NCBI GenBank assembly: GCA_023213395.1 | Contig: CM041465.1 | Span: forward strand, 216,325,741-216,389,740 | Direction of reading: 5' to 3' | Source: Cycas panzhihuaensis | Lineage: Eukaryota > Plantae > Cycadophyta | Length of the DNA: 64,000 nt | Shown: one piece after another, positions 1 to 13,110 of the stretch | Numbering within the stretch: position 1 is the first letter of the stretch | Layout: each line of letters begins with the position of its first letter | Position numbers and translations under genes: made by a program | The notes under the pieces: model-generated | The model's database searches: none | The model's input: only the letters and a program-made list of their open reading frames with translations | What the model was told of the DNA's origin: nothing

Positions 1-509
1 GATGGCGATGGCAAGACCAGATCTAGTGAGTAGATCATCTAAACCCAACCTCATTTCGTGCTTTGAAATTTACTACTTCTTGTGATTTTTTAGTGTAGTT
101 TTGGGCCTCCTAAAGGCAAAAAGCAATCTCCCGAAGTCCAAATTAGACCCAGAGAGAGGCGAGACCATGCATTAGGTCACCCTGGTCCCGGTGAGCCTAA
201 GAGTGGCTCACTTGGGCAAAAATTTAGGAAAATTTGGGTGTGAAATCCTCCCATTTTGGGGGGTGACACTTGTACCACAACAAAGATTGTGGTGTTGCGA
301 TCTTTGACGTGGGGGCCTGATCACAATGGGACCTAGGCCAAACTCCATAGTACCACGAAGTTTGGCGTGGTGCGAAGCCAGATCAAATAAAAAAATAAAA
401 TATAGCCCTAGGGGAACCCAAATCTTAATCAAATGAAGATGAGGGATAGTCTAGAGGGCAAAGAGGTGAGTGTAAGTAGGATTCTGACTTGTTTTGGGGT
501 ATTTTGTAG

Positions 510-2435
510 GTGATGATCATGGTGGATAACTACAAAAACATAGGCATGACGATGCTGAGTTTCATAGAGATGATATCCTACGAGGCCAGGCAGGTTTTGG
601 CTAGGTGTGGCCTACTAAAGATCACGAGGACACCATAGTACACATTAGACTAGAGGCTCCTAGTAGACATCATCTTGCATTAGGATAGATAGAGACATGT
701 GTTCTATCTCCCCCAGGTAGGAGACATGACAGTCACACAAGGGGATATTGGGAGGATCCTAGGAGTACCAGCAATAGGGAGGCCAGCATCACTAAGGGCA
801 ATGCCTAGTAATGAGGCATCACATAGGGAGGCAGCCACAGTTTTCACAGGCTTAAATAGATGGGAGAGGAGAGGTATCCCATTACAGAGCATGGTTATAT
901 CAGGGGTTCCTCGTGTGAGGAAACTGATTACTTTATGCATTCTGTTCCAGATATCCTAAAAACATAACTATCGAGACATTCCTAGTGGGTGGATGGATGT
1001 TGTACAGAGATGTAAGGCCAGGGAGAGTTTTGACTAGGCTACCCTTATAGCGACGAACTTAGTCGCCCAATTAGATGATATCTGGGTGGCAGGGAAGGGT
1101 GGTTTATCATATAACACATTACTACAGTATTGGTTTTTTGATCATTTTATAGCGGTGGCACCGGCAGGGGGACCACACCCCATTTTAGAGGGGGCTCCCA
1201 TGGTACACATGTGGTAGACCCGATTTAGGAGGACTAAGGACCAAGCACATATCTGTCACTCGGTGGAGGCTACATCATTGGGCATCCTTTCCATGGCAGA
1301 TTATGTATCAGATCCATATCGAGGGGTGAGGTGGGACAGCAATGAAAAGGTAAGCGTAATAGGAGTTACCCTAAGAGATGGCGGAGGTGGAGGTGATGGC
1401 GGTGACAGGGATGGCCTACCAAGAGCTATAGGAGAAGAGGTAGGCAGGTCCATCGGGGACTGCAAGAGGAGAGACGGGTCCATCAGGGACCGCAGGAGGA
1501 GAGGCGAGTCCTTCAAGAGCTACGGAGGAGACTAGGGGCCCATTGACATGAGCCCAAAGACTACAAATAGTAAGGAGATCCAATGAGGTAGCGACACCAG
1601 TAGAGGAGAGGAGAGATGCCCCAGTAGTTGAGGTGGTTGCCGAGGAGGTACTAGCAGATGGTGGAGTGCCCGGAGCGGAGGCTATCATCCAAGTTGAGGA
1701 GCCAACAACCGCACTAGGTGAGACACTACCTACTCCTATCATCTTTCAATTGTCAGATGTTTAGATGTTATTTGATTTTGTTTAGTGTGTATATAGACAT
1801 GTACTAATATGTGATGTGTTGGATTTATAGGTGTGGTAGAGATCCATAGGTTGGTAGAGGTGGTAGTCCATGAGATATTCCCCTGGGCCTACGCGAAGGG
1901 GTAACCTCCCATCTAGGAAGGAGATGAGCTTAGATCGACAAGTGAACATATAGCGGAATTTGCCCTATTAGTGAGGGTGAGAGATGTCTGGATTGCGGAG
2001 TCCCAAGAGTATGAGGCATGTGTGGGGCGAGTACAGGGGGAGTTGGATGAGACCAGGGTTAAGAGAGACGCCCTTCGAGGTTGAGTATAGGAACTGGAGG
2101 CTCTGGGAGGAGCTGGTGGGGATGTCAAGGGTTGCATTTGGATGGCAGTGATGGAGGAGCATCTCTGAGGGATGGAGGAGAGGCTCCAAGGAGTGGAGAG
2201 AGAGAAGGATCATATCCAGGTGCGATACGATCGACTAGTGGATGAGGTGGCATCAAGGTCGTTGAGGAGCAGGACCTACACCCACACGGCGACGACGACC
2301 CCTAGGAGGCCTCAAGATGAGGAGAGTGAGGCAGAGAGCTCCTGGAGGCACAGAAGGAACCTAGGAGGCATGTGGTCCCTAAGAGAGGGATCACATAGCC
2401 CAGGAGATGATACCCTAAGAGTGGGGCAGCAGTAG
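510..2435 (+). pseudogene. Antisense Plant Mobile Domain (PMD, aminotransferase-like) plus coiled-coil ORF carried by the Tat element; decayed, probably spliced
   Basis: The frame from 510 reads LD*RLLVDIILH*DR*RHVFYLPQVGDMTVTQGDIGRILGVPAIGRP...FD*ATLIATNL...LLQYWFFDHF. This matches PMD motifs (ERW.PETHTFHLP.GEMTITL.DV..LLGLP..G; W...L..LY; LLQ.W..ER). A GT-AG intron at 1718-1830 restores the frame into ORF 2172-2435. Confidence 0.8.
1447..1533 (+). repeat. 30-bp coding tandem repeat x3 (GPSGTARGET-like) in the PMD ORF
   Basis: ggtccatcggggactgcaagaggagagacg / ggtccatcagggaccgcaggaggagaggcg / agtccttcaagagctacggaggagact. Confidence 0.7.
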
Positions 2436-3199
2436 TAGAGTGTAGGAGTTTTGATTTGACAGGGGAAAGCACGAACCGTCAAGGAGTCATTATATATTAC
2501 CACATGATTGTACTCCTCCCTGCAAGGAATCTAGCTTCCCACGGATGGTGTACCATACCATTTGTACGATATGACACATGATGATTATTTATGTATATAG
2601 AGGGGGCCATTGCTACCCTATTTATTGTATGATGATGTGTACATTGCATATTGTGATGGATTAATATTGTTTGATGCTTTTAAATATATGTATATATGTA
2701 TGCATGTGAGTGTGCACAGATACATGAGAATATAGTTTATGATATTTTGAGTTAATTATTGTATGGTTAGAGTTATGATTTTATTTGAGCTACATACACT
2801 TCCTTCTATGTAGGGTCACATCCTAACAGGCATACACGTGATCACCTCAAATATAGGCAACAGACACATGTGAGGCTAGGGAGTGGGACGACATACATGT
2901 CCACATGGGGAGCATAGCGGAATATGCGAAGGAAGCACCAACAAAGGGGGAGTAGAGATACTCCGACGTGCCATCCTAATTGGAGCAGTACCTGTGTCAA
3001 AAGGGTGACGGGGATGACACCCAATTAGGAAGGTGACGCCTCCACGAGAAGGAGGCATGAGAGGTTCCACTAGAGGAACCCAAAGAGGACCAAGGAAGCC
3101 ACCTTAAGAGGTCATTCCACCTGTGACCAGGAGGAATGAGGACACACTCAAGATGGTAGTTTTTGCTCATTTTGGAGTGCGAAGGAGATAGTGAAGGGA

Positions 3200-6100
3200 T
3201 CATGCATAGAATTTCTTGAGGAATTTCCTGTTAATAGCTTTTTCAAATTTGAGGCCCTCTAGGGTGGCGATCCTATAAGCATTGTTATTGAGACTCTCGA
3301 GAACAACAAAGGGACCAACCCATTTAGGTCTGAATTTGGTCAAGCAGTCATGGAAGTATTCCATCTTGAGGACTTAGTCACTAGGATTCAAAGGACGGGA
3401 ATGAAGGTGTTTATTGTAGGTCCTTTGTGAGCGGGCCCTAGATGTGAGGTTCGCCTAGTAAGTGGTTAAACATCTCTCATCCAAAGCCTCAAGATCTAAG
3501 AGACAAGCGTGATGAACAGACTTCTCATCGATAAGACCTTGAAGAGAAACTCGTAGAGAGGGGATCTCCACTTCCAATGGGAGTACTGCCTTGGTCTTGT
3601 AGACTAGGGAGAAAAGTGTCATCCCCGTAGCCATACGGATAGAGGTGTGATACACCCATAGGGAAAAAGGGAGCTGATGGTTTTCTTTAGGATATTGATT
3701 GAGTTTTATTGAATGATTCAACCTAACCATTTGCTTAGGAGTAATAAGGAGAAGAGGTTTTATGAGAAATTTTGAATTTCTCATAAAGTTCATCCATCTC
3801 CTTATTACAAAAAGGAGTTCTGTTGTCTATAATCAAGACGTCAAGAATCCCAAAGTGGCAAATGATATGCTGGTAGACGAAGTTGGCTATCGTCTTGCCA
3901 GGAGTAGTGATCAAAGGGATTGCTTCTGCCCACTTCATAAAGTACTCCATGGCAGTCAAGATGAACTTGTGCTATGACGAAGAAGGCAGTGATATGGATC
4001 CAATAAGGTCCAACCCCCATTGGGAGAAGGACCAAGAAGATATAATGGGGTGAAGAGTCTCGAAAGGCACATCGGTGATGTTGGCATGCTCTTGGCATCA
4101 TCGACATCTCAGGTGTAGGCATGGGCATTCTTAAAGAGAGACGACCAATAATACCCCATTTGGAGGATCCTCTAGGCCATAGATTGGCCCCCAAAGTGGC
4201 ACCTACAAATGCCATGATAGCATTCGCAGGGTATCTGGTCCACTTCATCAGGAGTGATGGAGTAAAGAAGGATCCCATCAAAGGATATCCTGTACAATGC
4301 TTCATCCATAAGGAAGTATTGCCTAGCGGTGGTCTGAATGTGTGACCTAACCTTGTTACTAGATTCTGGGTAGTACTATTACTTAGCAAGGTACCACACA
4401 ATGTCACCATACCACTCACTATCAGTGAGTGGATGGGAAGGAGTGCCCTGAATAGTCAAGATAGACTCACTAGGGAGAGAATCATCAACGGGAGCATCGA
4501 ATGAGTTAGGAACGAGGGCATCTACAAGTTGTTCTACCACTACCATCCCCTTCTTTGATTTCCTATTGACGATTTGGAGATCAAATTCCTGAAGGAAGAT
4601 GGCCTAGTGACCAGTCCTACCTGTCAGGTTAAAACGTGTGAGTAAACAGCGTAAGGGATTAGATTGGAAAATCACCTTGGTAGTGTTTTCGAGCAAGTAG
4701 TACCTAAAGTTCTTGGTTGCGTGAACCAAAGAGAGGCATTCCTTCTCGGTGGGAGAATAGTTAAGTTTGGCAGCCACGAGGGTGCGGCTAATGAAGTAAA
4801 TAACTTTCTCAGTTCTTAAATCATCCTCCTGGGCCAGCATGGCGCCTAAGGACTCATCAGTCGCCTAGGTATATAGGATGAAAGACCTATCAAAGCAAGG
4901 GGACGCCAACATTGGAGCGGAAACAAGGGCTTCCTTAGTCCTTCAAAAGCTTATTGGGCCTTAGTTGACCAAACAAACAAGGCTCCCATCCTTAATAGGT
5001 TAGTAAGAGGTTTGGTGTTTATGGTGAAGTTCACCAAGAAACGCCTAAGGAATCCAAGCCTATCTAAAAATGACTTAATATGTCGTTGAGTTTTAGGCGG
5101 CGGCATGTCAAGGATTGCCTTGACTTTATCAGGGTCGATTTGAATTCCTTGTTTTGACACGAGGAAACCAAGGAGTTTGCTGGAAGTGAAGGTGAACACG
5201 TATTTGAGCGGATTGAGACTTACATGGTATTTGCAGCATCATGTGAAGATGACTCACAAATCTGAAGGGTGATGGGCTCTAACGTGTGAGAGACCCATCA
5301 TATCATCCATAAAGACCTCCAATGTTCTATTGATAAGGTCATGGAAGATGAAGTACATCACCCTTTGATAAGTGGTGCCTGCATTGTTCAATCCGAAGGG
5401 CATCGCCTTATAGGTGAAGGTACCCCACAGGGTAGTGAAGGCCATCTTATGATGGTCTTCGAGAGAGATTTAAATTTGATTATAACCGGAGAAATCGTCC
5501 ATCAAGAACATGACTTCAAAACTAGCAGTTTGATCGATAATCTGATTGATGAATGGAAGTGGAAAGTTATCTTTGGGATATTTATTATTGATATCACAGA
5601 AGTTAATGCATATCTAAATGGTCCCATTCTTTTTAGCAATGAGGACGATGTTAGATACCCATTTAGGGTAGTCAATGGAAGTGATTAGTCCTGCATCTAG
5701 GAGTTTCTCAACCTCCATTTTGACAGTGGCTGAGAGTTTAGGGTGTAGTGGGCATTGTTTCTAATGCACAGGACGAGTGCCAGGGACTGTGGTAAGGTTG
5801 TGGGTGACAATGGAGGGGTTGATTCCCTTCATGTCAGAATAGTCCCATGTAAAGACATCTTGGAACTCCTAGAACAAAAGGGAGTATTCCTTTATCTCAT
5901 CAGGAGAACATTCTACCCTTACCTTAATGACCTTGCCTGGGGTGAGGACTATGTCATGGGTTGCCCCCATGCACATGGCATTCCCTTCCCTCAAATGAAG
6001 AGGGGCAAGGTCAACAGTAGGAGACAAAATAAGAGATGGAATTGCATCAATGAGGGTGGACCCAATCACTAAGACCTTCTGGTGGCTAAGTCTATGGTGA

Positions 6101-9100
6101 CCAGAAGGAAGGTTAGGCGCGGAGCCCATTAAATGCTCAAGTAGAGCCTCATCGTTCTCAAAGTAGTCCACCCCGTTGATGACCTTACTTCGAATAGACG
6201 AGGCGTAAGAGGAAGTGGGAGTGATAGGACCACGGTGGTCAGTAGGTTCCCCAACATCCCCAAGAGACTCAACAGAGGAGTCGGGAAGGGGTCCCTCATA
6301 AGGAGGGAAAGAAGGTTCCCCAGATTCATCACCTGTGGGGGGTGATGAAGGGGAAGATTCAAGGATTAGAGGATTAATGCGAGCAATAACATACGATACA
6401 AGGGAGTGATCAGTCTCTCCAATAGGAGAGGTTCTAAGTTGGGACCTATAACAAGGACAGTGCCTTCTACTAGTGCGAAGAAGGGAAACAGGGTGAGGGA
6501 GGTCCTCATCCTCGCCATTAGACTTATTGTCACTAAATATGGTGAGGTACCCATAGCTCCCAACACCAATAAGAGCAAAACGGGTAAGGTTTGAAGAAGA
6601 GGATGCATGGTCTCCTTCTAAATGAGACAAATCAAGGATGCCAATAAAACAGGCAGAGGTATGGGTGGAAGGGCCTTTCTCATCCTTCACTCAACCATGG
6701 CTCGCTTAGTTAGTTTGACGGGATTGTTTAGTAGGTGGGAGTTTATGGGAAATAACCCTCATTCACCCATCGTAGACGAACTTGAGTTGCCCCCAACAGG
6801 TCAAGCACATGACTCCCATTTGATCAAGCTATGGATGACCTAAAAGGAGATTGTAGTCAACATCTATGTCGAGAACTACAATATTAGCGAGGACAGTTTT
6901 ATCCTTGAGAGTAAGGGGGATCGAAACGGATCCTAAAAGAGTCTTCTCGCTACCATCATAGCCTTGACATTGCCATGGAATAGGTTCCAAGGCAGAAATA
7001 CCAAGCTCTTGTATGACGCGTAAGGGTATGGCATTAATGAAAGAACCATTGTCGGCAACGGTCCTTTGCAAAATACAATAAGGTATATCAATGGTGATAG
7101 TAAAAGGGAAGTTCCATTGGTGCTCCCTTTTACTAGTAGGAGCAAGATCTTTAGGATCGAAAGAAATGGCGGGCTCATGACTTTGGGCAATACTCAAAGC
7201 GTGAATAGACACATCACCTAATCCTAAAGCTTCTAAAAAGAGTGTGCACTATTTAGGATAACTTCTTAAGACATCCATAATGGACATCCCAACGGCCATG
7301 GTATGAAGCTCATTGATGATAGAAAAGGACCTCCCTTTCACCATAGGTTGAGGAAGGGCTCTCCTAAAGTCATAGCAACCAGGGCGAACAAGGATAGTCT
7401 TAGGAAGAAAAGGGACTTCTGGAAGAGAGGTTTTCAGAAGAGGATCAGGATGTGGGATAGAGGAAGAGGTGTTGGTTGCCTCTTTGGCAGCTTGAGACTG
7501 AGTTAAAGCATATAGGGGGTAGCTTCAAGCATCTAGATCACCTTCTTTCCTTTGTTCTGGGATTGCGAAGGCGAAGGGGTACAATGATCGGGATAACATG
7601 AAGAAGAAAACGAACCTCGCACACCCTTCCCCTTACCGTGTGAAGGTCGGGGGTTTGAAGATCTTTCCCAGTTCCAGTTGTTCTTTTGTTAGGGGTTACG
7701 ATCCCATTCCCCATGCTTGGGATATGGATCTCTATGAACTGGTTGGCCAAGGTTAGGCCTTGAGGCCCATTTGGGAGAAGGGTCGCGTTGCAAGGCATCC
7801 TTAGGATATTGAACCTGGCAGCGTGAATCGTCATGGAAGCATTCCCCATGAACGGAACACCACTTCTTCTCAAGGGAGGAGTCAGATTTCCTCTCTTAAG
7901 AGGACTGGGTATTGCCGCCCTTGGGAGGAGGAGCTTGGGAGGTTTGTTGAATAGGTTTGTTGGATGTAGGTGATGAAGGAGCTTAAAGCTTAAGTTCCTT
8001 CATCGTACATTCAAATGAACGTATGGCAGAGGTAAGGGGGTCCAAGGTCTTCTTGGTTAAGTAGGAAGAAGACCTAGTAGGTTGTTGAGTTTTAGTTTCC
8101 TTAGTTGATGGAGGTGCCTCATGTTGCTGTGAGGACTTTAGGGGCTTCTTGAGTCCATCCTGGATCTCAATAGCCTCAAGTGCCAAGCACTGCGCTACGG
8201 TGAAGTCACATGTGGTTACTCCTATCTTAAGGACTTCCACATGAACTTTTGGGTGAAGTGCATTGACAAAGATGTCCCTCTTTAATTCATCAGGCAAAGT
8301 AGCCTTGGTGTAATGGAGGAGGTCATGGAATCTCTGTATAAAGTCACAATTCATCTCATCATGATCTTGTTTAAGCAAGAGGATAGATTTCATTCCGCTC
8401 TCAAATGGACGAGCAATGCCAAAATAATTGACGAACTCATCCACAAGTTGCTAGAATGAATGGATGGAGTGAGCGGGTAGGCAATAAAACCACTTGAGGG
8501 CATCGCCTTGAAGAGATCATGGAAACAGTTTCATTAGGATATGATCGTAGGCCCAGTAGTCTATGCATGCCATAGAGAAACTACGAACATACTTTGCTGG
8601 ATCCTGCAATGAAGTCCCATCGAATTTGGGAACTTTAGGTGGATGAGGCGGTAAGTTGGTCCTTAGCACCTCAATGAATAAAGGTGTTGATCTATAATCC
8701 ATAAAGGGACATGCCTTTTCCTGGATCATAGGATCGGCAAAAGATGAGGAAGGTAATGAGCAAGGAGCTGATGGGGGTAGAGGACCTATCCCTCCTTGAG
8801 GAAACACCCCTTATTGAAAAGGGACCTGAGGGAAGGGGCCTTGAAAAGGAGTTAGGCCTCCTTGGGAAGGCGCGATGTAAGGTGCTATGCAAGATGGTGG
8901 GAACAAGGGGTGAGGGACCAAATTCTGCCCATATAGGTCGCCCATAGGTGGCACAACCCCATATGGGTGTAAAGGGTCCACCCCATAAATAGGGAGGCGG
9001 TTCCCTTTACCATGCCTCCACGACTGATATGTATAGCCTGGAGGTACGTAAAAGGAAGACCCACTAGACTGAGTTTGAGGGCATTGTGAAGATGGGCCCC

Positions 9101-9750
9101 ACATGACTAGAAGTAGGGGCATAAGTAGGTCCCCTAGGTCTAATAGGAAATATGTATACTACGTTTAGAGGTGGCATATTTTTTTAAATAGGGAGAGGCA
9201 TGCTAAGGGAAGTAGTTGGGACCATAAGAGTTGGGACCACAAAGGGAAGTAGAGGATGCAACAGACGTCCCTAAGTTAGATGTGAGAATTAGACGGGACA
9301 GATGCGATGGGACAAACGGGTTACTTGTTGTAGGTGGGGTAGATGTGGATGAAGAAGGTGCTTCAACATGTAAGATGTCTTTGAACCATTTAGGATGTGG
9401 TTGAAAGTGAGCGGCACATAAGCACACATTGAGAGCTTCAACCATATCGGTGGGAGGGGTATCTGCCTGATTGTAAGAGGTAGATAGAACCTATAATGAA
9501 GCAGACCCCTCAGGACACTCCTCATAAGAATCACCACCTAGGTGATAGAACTCGAGAGAAGACGGAACCTCCACTCCGTGAGTGGAGAGACGGACATCAT
9601 GTGGGTGTTGTTGATCACCTGGATAATAGATAGGGTCGTCACCCTCTTGGGTGGACCCCAAGAAAGAGGTAGGAAACTCATGGGTGCTAGTGGCATTGGC
9701 ATGGTATGCCTAATTAGAAGAGTAACCTTCCATGGTCGAATGGGAATCTG
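3200..9750 (-). pseudogene. Tat gag-pol polyprotein (degenerate): gag ~7980-8800, protease ~6830-7210, RT ~4900-5800, RNase H ~4560-4900, integrase 3200-4420
   Basis: Translated fragments include PKVPKFDG (gag), VADNGSFINAIP and YNLLLGHP (protease), MPFGLNNAG and VFMDDM (RT), YFISRTL..AKLNYSPTEKECL (RH), and YFMKWAEAIP, IIDNR and AVLPLEVEIPSLR (INT). There are many stops and frameshifts; the gag start is approximate. Confidence 0.9.
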
Positions 9751-9976
9751 ACGACGAAAGGAGATGATATAAAGGATCTTCTAACAGTGGGGGAAGACCT
9801 CGTAGCCGATGTAAGAAGCATTACATATAAGACTCACCAATGTGTTAGAAGAAAGATAGAGAGGCAAAGGTAAGGTATGTGTTGGGGACTACCCAATAAA
9901 AGGGACAAAAGAAGAAAGCTACTAAGAGGTAGTAACACCAACAAGAAGAGAGAAAGACTAGCTCCCTTACTGGTAT

Positions 9977-9995
9977 GTCCCTAATATGGTCACCA
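9977..9995 (-). other. Degenerate primer-binding site of the Tat element
   Basis: Minus-strand TGGTGACCATATTAGGGAC lies 1 nt after the LTR end (...GATTCCA). It resembles the TGGCGACTCCRCTGGGGA-type PBS of Tat/Ogre elements after C>T and G>A decay. Confidence 0.6.
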
Positions 9996-9996
9996 A

Positions 9997-12919
9997 TGGA
10001 ATCGTGTCTACAGGATGGTCACTACACTTAGTAGGGATTAAGGTGGTCAACGACCAATACTGGAAAGTGAATAAGATCCTACAAGCAAAAGAGAACACCA
10101 CATAGGACATCTATGCACCAGAGCGCGAGTTCTAGACCCACAAACGGTGCCTAACTTCCCCGTAGTAGCTTTTGCTTTTGGTTTTGAGGGGTAGATACAT
10201 GTAGGGGTATCTCGGGTAACCCCAAATGATGAGGTCCTCCCATCCCTGGATGGCCGAAAGGGAGGTGGAGGCCTAACAAAGTAGATAGACCTAGTAGGAA
10301 AGATGTATGACAAGGGTATGATGTATAGGCAAACAGAATGGGGGCGCAATATAGCAGCAAGAACCTTTCCTATATCTACTAACTCAGGGTAGGCCTAGAG
10401 TAGGTAGGAGTGATGGCGAAGATGGGCCATGTATGAGGAAATGAAAGTGATATTGTGTGTGTGCTTTCAAAAAGAAAATATGACCAACACTCCCTCTCTC
10501 TTGTTTCCTTTTATAAACAAAAGTTTAAGGAAAGAAATGTTTCACATACAGTCAAATATACATGCTAAAGTGAATATGCAATTAAGGGAATGTTTGTGCT
10601 TCGGATGAGAAAAAGCAGGTGGTACGATTCCTAGAAAGTGCTCTTTCCTAAGACACCAGTCATGCAATATGTAGATGCCAGATGAATGCACATGAATTTC
10701 TTATTACCCTTTCTCTTTTGGTGTAGTTTATCATGCAAGCATATGTGCCGAACAAAAAAAAGGAAAAGGAAGAACCAAGTGAGAAGGGATGGTGCATACC
10801 TGGAAGGTCATGATGTTGGAAGAGGGCCTTCACCCAGGAGTCACATTTGTCTTCTTGTCCTCGCTCTATACATAGTCGACGTTGTGGTGAAGGTGTAATG
10901 GGGGCTTCCTTACCTTCCCCGTATAAAGAGAAATGAAATGGAAAGAGTAAATGACTGTGCAAGAGAGCAAGAAACCAAAGAAGACAATAAAGGAAATGAA
11001 AGAGGCAAGGGTCTAGTCGGATCAGAGTACTTCCTTCCCCTTGAAAATACTGCCACATAACTTGCACTCACAAAGACCTTTGCCCTCCCAAGAGGGCTAC
11101 CAAGAAACGAAACTAATATACATACAATAATATAATGACAAACTACTAAAAGATAATATGTTACATTAGTCAATTCTCTACAAAAGATAACTCTACAATA
11201 TCTTCCAAAAGAAAGCACCAAAACCTTCCAAGCAAGAAGGAGGTTAGACTTGGAATGGCCAACCCTCTGGTCTATGTACCTCCACACTACCTCAAAGTGT
11301 AAAGAGCAGCAAATAGGACAGACTATGGGTGAAATAATGAGAAGAGGACAGGTGATATAAAGTTTGTGGGTAGTTGTCGGTGTTGCAAACGTGTTATAGG
11401 GAGCAAGTTGTAATGTAGGTGGCAACAAGGCTAAGGATGAGTATTGGGCACTGTGTAGGGCTAATAGAAAGGCCCGAAATGAGGCGTGCTAGCCTGAGTC
11501 TAGCATAGCAAGTGCTACATATGTTGAAACTCAGTGCAAGCCCAATCCCAAAGGTCCCTGGGGCGTACCAAGAAAGGCATGGATGAGGGAGAGGAAGGAG
11601 GAGCAAGGTTTACCCTTGGAGAGTAGGCTTAGTGGGTACAGATCCTGCCTTACTCCCTCTACTCACACCTTATGGGTCCTCTCCCATAGCCTTCTTAGAG
11701 ATAGCCAAGAGAGGACAAGGGATACTGAGGTCACAGGCTAGAATAAATAGAAGAACTACACTTTCATATGGTAGAACACTAAAACATGAAGTGTATGTCA
11801 AAAAAGACTTGCCTATGTAAGCTAAACTTAAAGCAAAGGATGAGCAATGAAAAAGGGTACCTACTGGGATGAGATAAATACAGGTCTGCCCCTATGAACA
11901 GCAGAGAACAACAGGTTGAAGAAGCTTACAGGAAGTTTCTGAGTTGCAGGAGGTGAGAGCTCGTTGGAAACTGAAGGGTGCACGTGGAGGCCACTCCTGG
12001 GCATAAACCTTTGCTTGGAGACATTGATGGAGAGGATTACTACCTCGAAACAATGGTGCAACAAGCGGGTTCCAGGCTTATATGCCAGAAATGTAGGTAT
12101 GCCAGGTATTCTACAGAGTATCCATGTGAGAACTGAGAGCAGAGAAAAAGAGAAGTGTTGTTAAAGAGCCAAGAGAGGTAAAATGAGGTTCTTTTTGGGA
12201 TATATAACCATCCTAACCCTAATCGAGCGATTAGGGTTTGGGTAGGGCTGATTTGGTGACTTATCCATGTGGTAGTTTTGTAAAAAGGGTGAGAACTACC
12301 ATGGCAGATTTAAAAAATAGTGAGAAATAGTCACACTGTGGTAAACTTCGCAGTATTACGGCAAAGTTCACAGTACCGCTAAGTTTACAATGGTGTGAAA
12401 CCAGGGTGCAAAAATAAGGGTTCTGGAAACCCAAAACAGGGGTATCCTGGGCCTAGGAGGGATCGGCCCTCCTGTCTACATGGCTGGAGACAGTCTGAAG
12501 GAGTGAATCGACTAGACTAGGTAGGATATCATGAGCAGAGAGTCCTAGGAATACTAAAAATAAGTGAAAGAGCCTACCACTCCTAGGGAAACTAGGGGTC
12601 ATGGCAGCTAACCAAGGTGTGAGCGGATCACCCTAAAAGGTAGGGGCTTGAGATGATATGGAGGTAATGCGGAGGATTGTGAAGTGCCATGGGGTACATG
12701 ACTCATTGAGGAGTATATCTCATGAAGGGTCGTCATAGGCTAGAGACATACATGGTGCTCAAGCGAGATGCATAACCAATTGTAAAATAAGCTAATCAAA
12801 CCATGCAACTCAAATAATACTCTAATCCACATCTCTGAAGTGATCAAGATAAGAGAGAAAACATACATATGCTTACTTGAGTCGATCCATCCATACCCAT
12901 TCCCGGTAGTCAGGAAACA
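9997..12919 (-). repeat. 5' LTR of the Tat element (~2.9 kb)
   Basis: The minus strand starts TGTTTCCTGACTACCGGGAATGG and ends ...TAGTGACC...TTCCA. Both termini and internal blocks match 41736-44909 (+). Confidence 0.85.
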
Positions 12920-13110
12920 GTAGATAGATGTTATTTTTTCATAAGAGAGTCTTTTCATTGATGGTCTAGTGTGGGCCTATTATTTTACTATTATATCTCT
13001 TGATTAGCTTCCCAACTTATAATGTGCTCTTGATGGAGCTCATCTAGCCATGAAGGTCAAGTAATTAATAATGTTGCATAACCTTCTTCTTTCAGACTTC
13101 TAGAAGAGTA

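Larger units (their letters stand above)
1..12919 (-). mobile_element. Ty3/gypsy LTR retrotransposon, Tat-like (non-chromovirus); 3' end runs off the left edge of the window
   Basis: The minus strand has gag, protease, RT, RNase H and integrase fragments in gypsy order. Integrase ends ...GPFVV...AINRKFLKKFYA* at 3200. A 2.9-kb LTR (9997-12919) is homologous to the LTR at 41736-44909, and a degenerate PBS follows it. Confidence 0.9.

Noticed and set aside
1301-2213. Ser/Pro-rich minus-strand ORFs as an env-like gene
   Set aside because: They are shadows of the purine-rich plus-strand PMD gene; there is no hydrophobic transmembrane pattern.
10200-10215. TGTAGGGG as the Tat LTR boundary
   Set aside because: Homology with the 41736-44909 LTR continues to 9997, where CA plus a PBS occurs.
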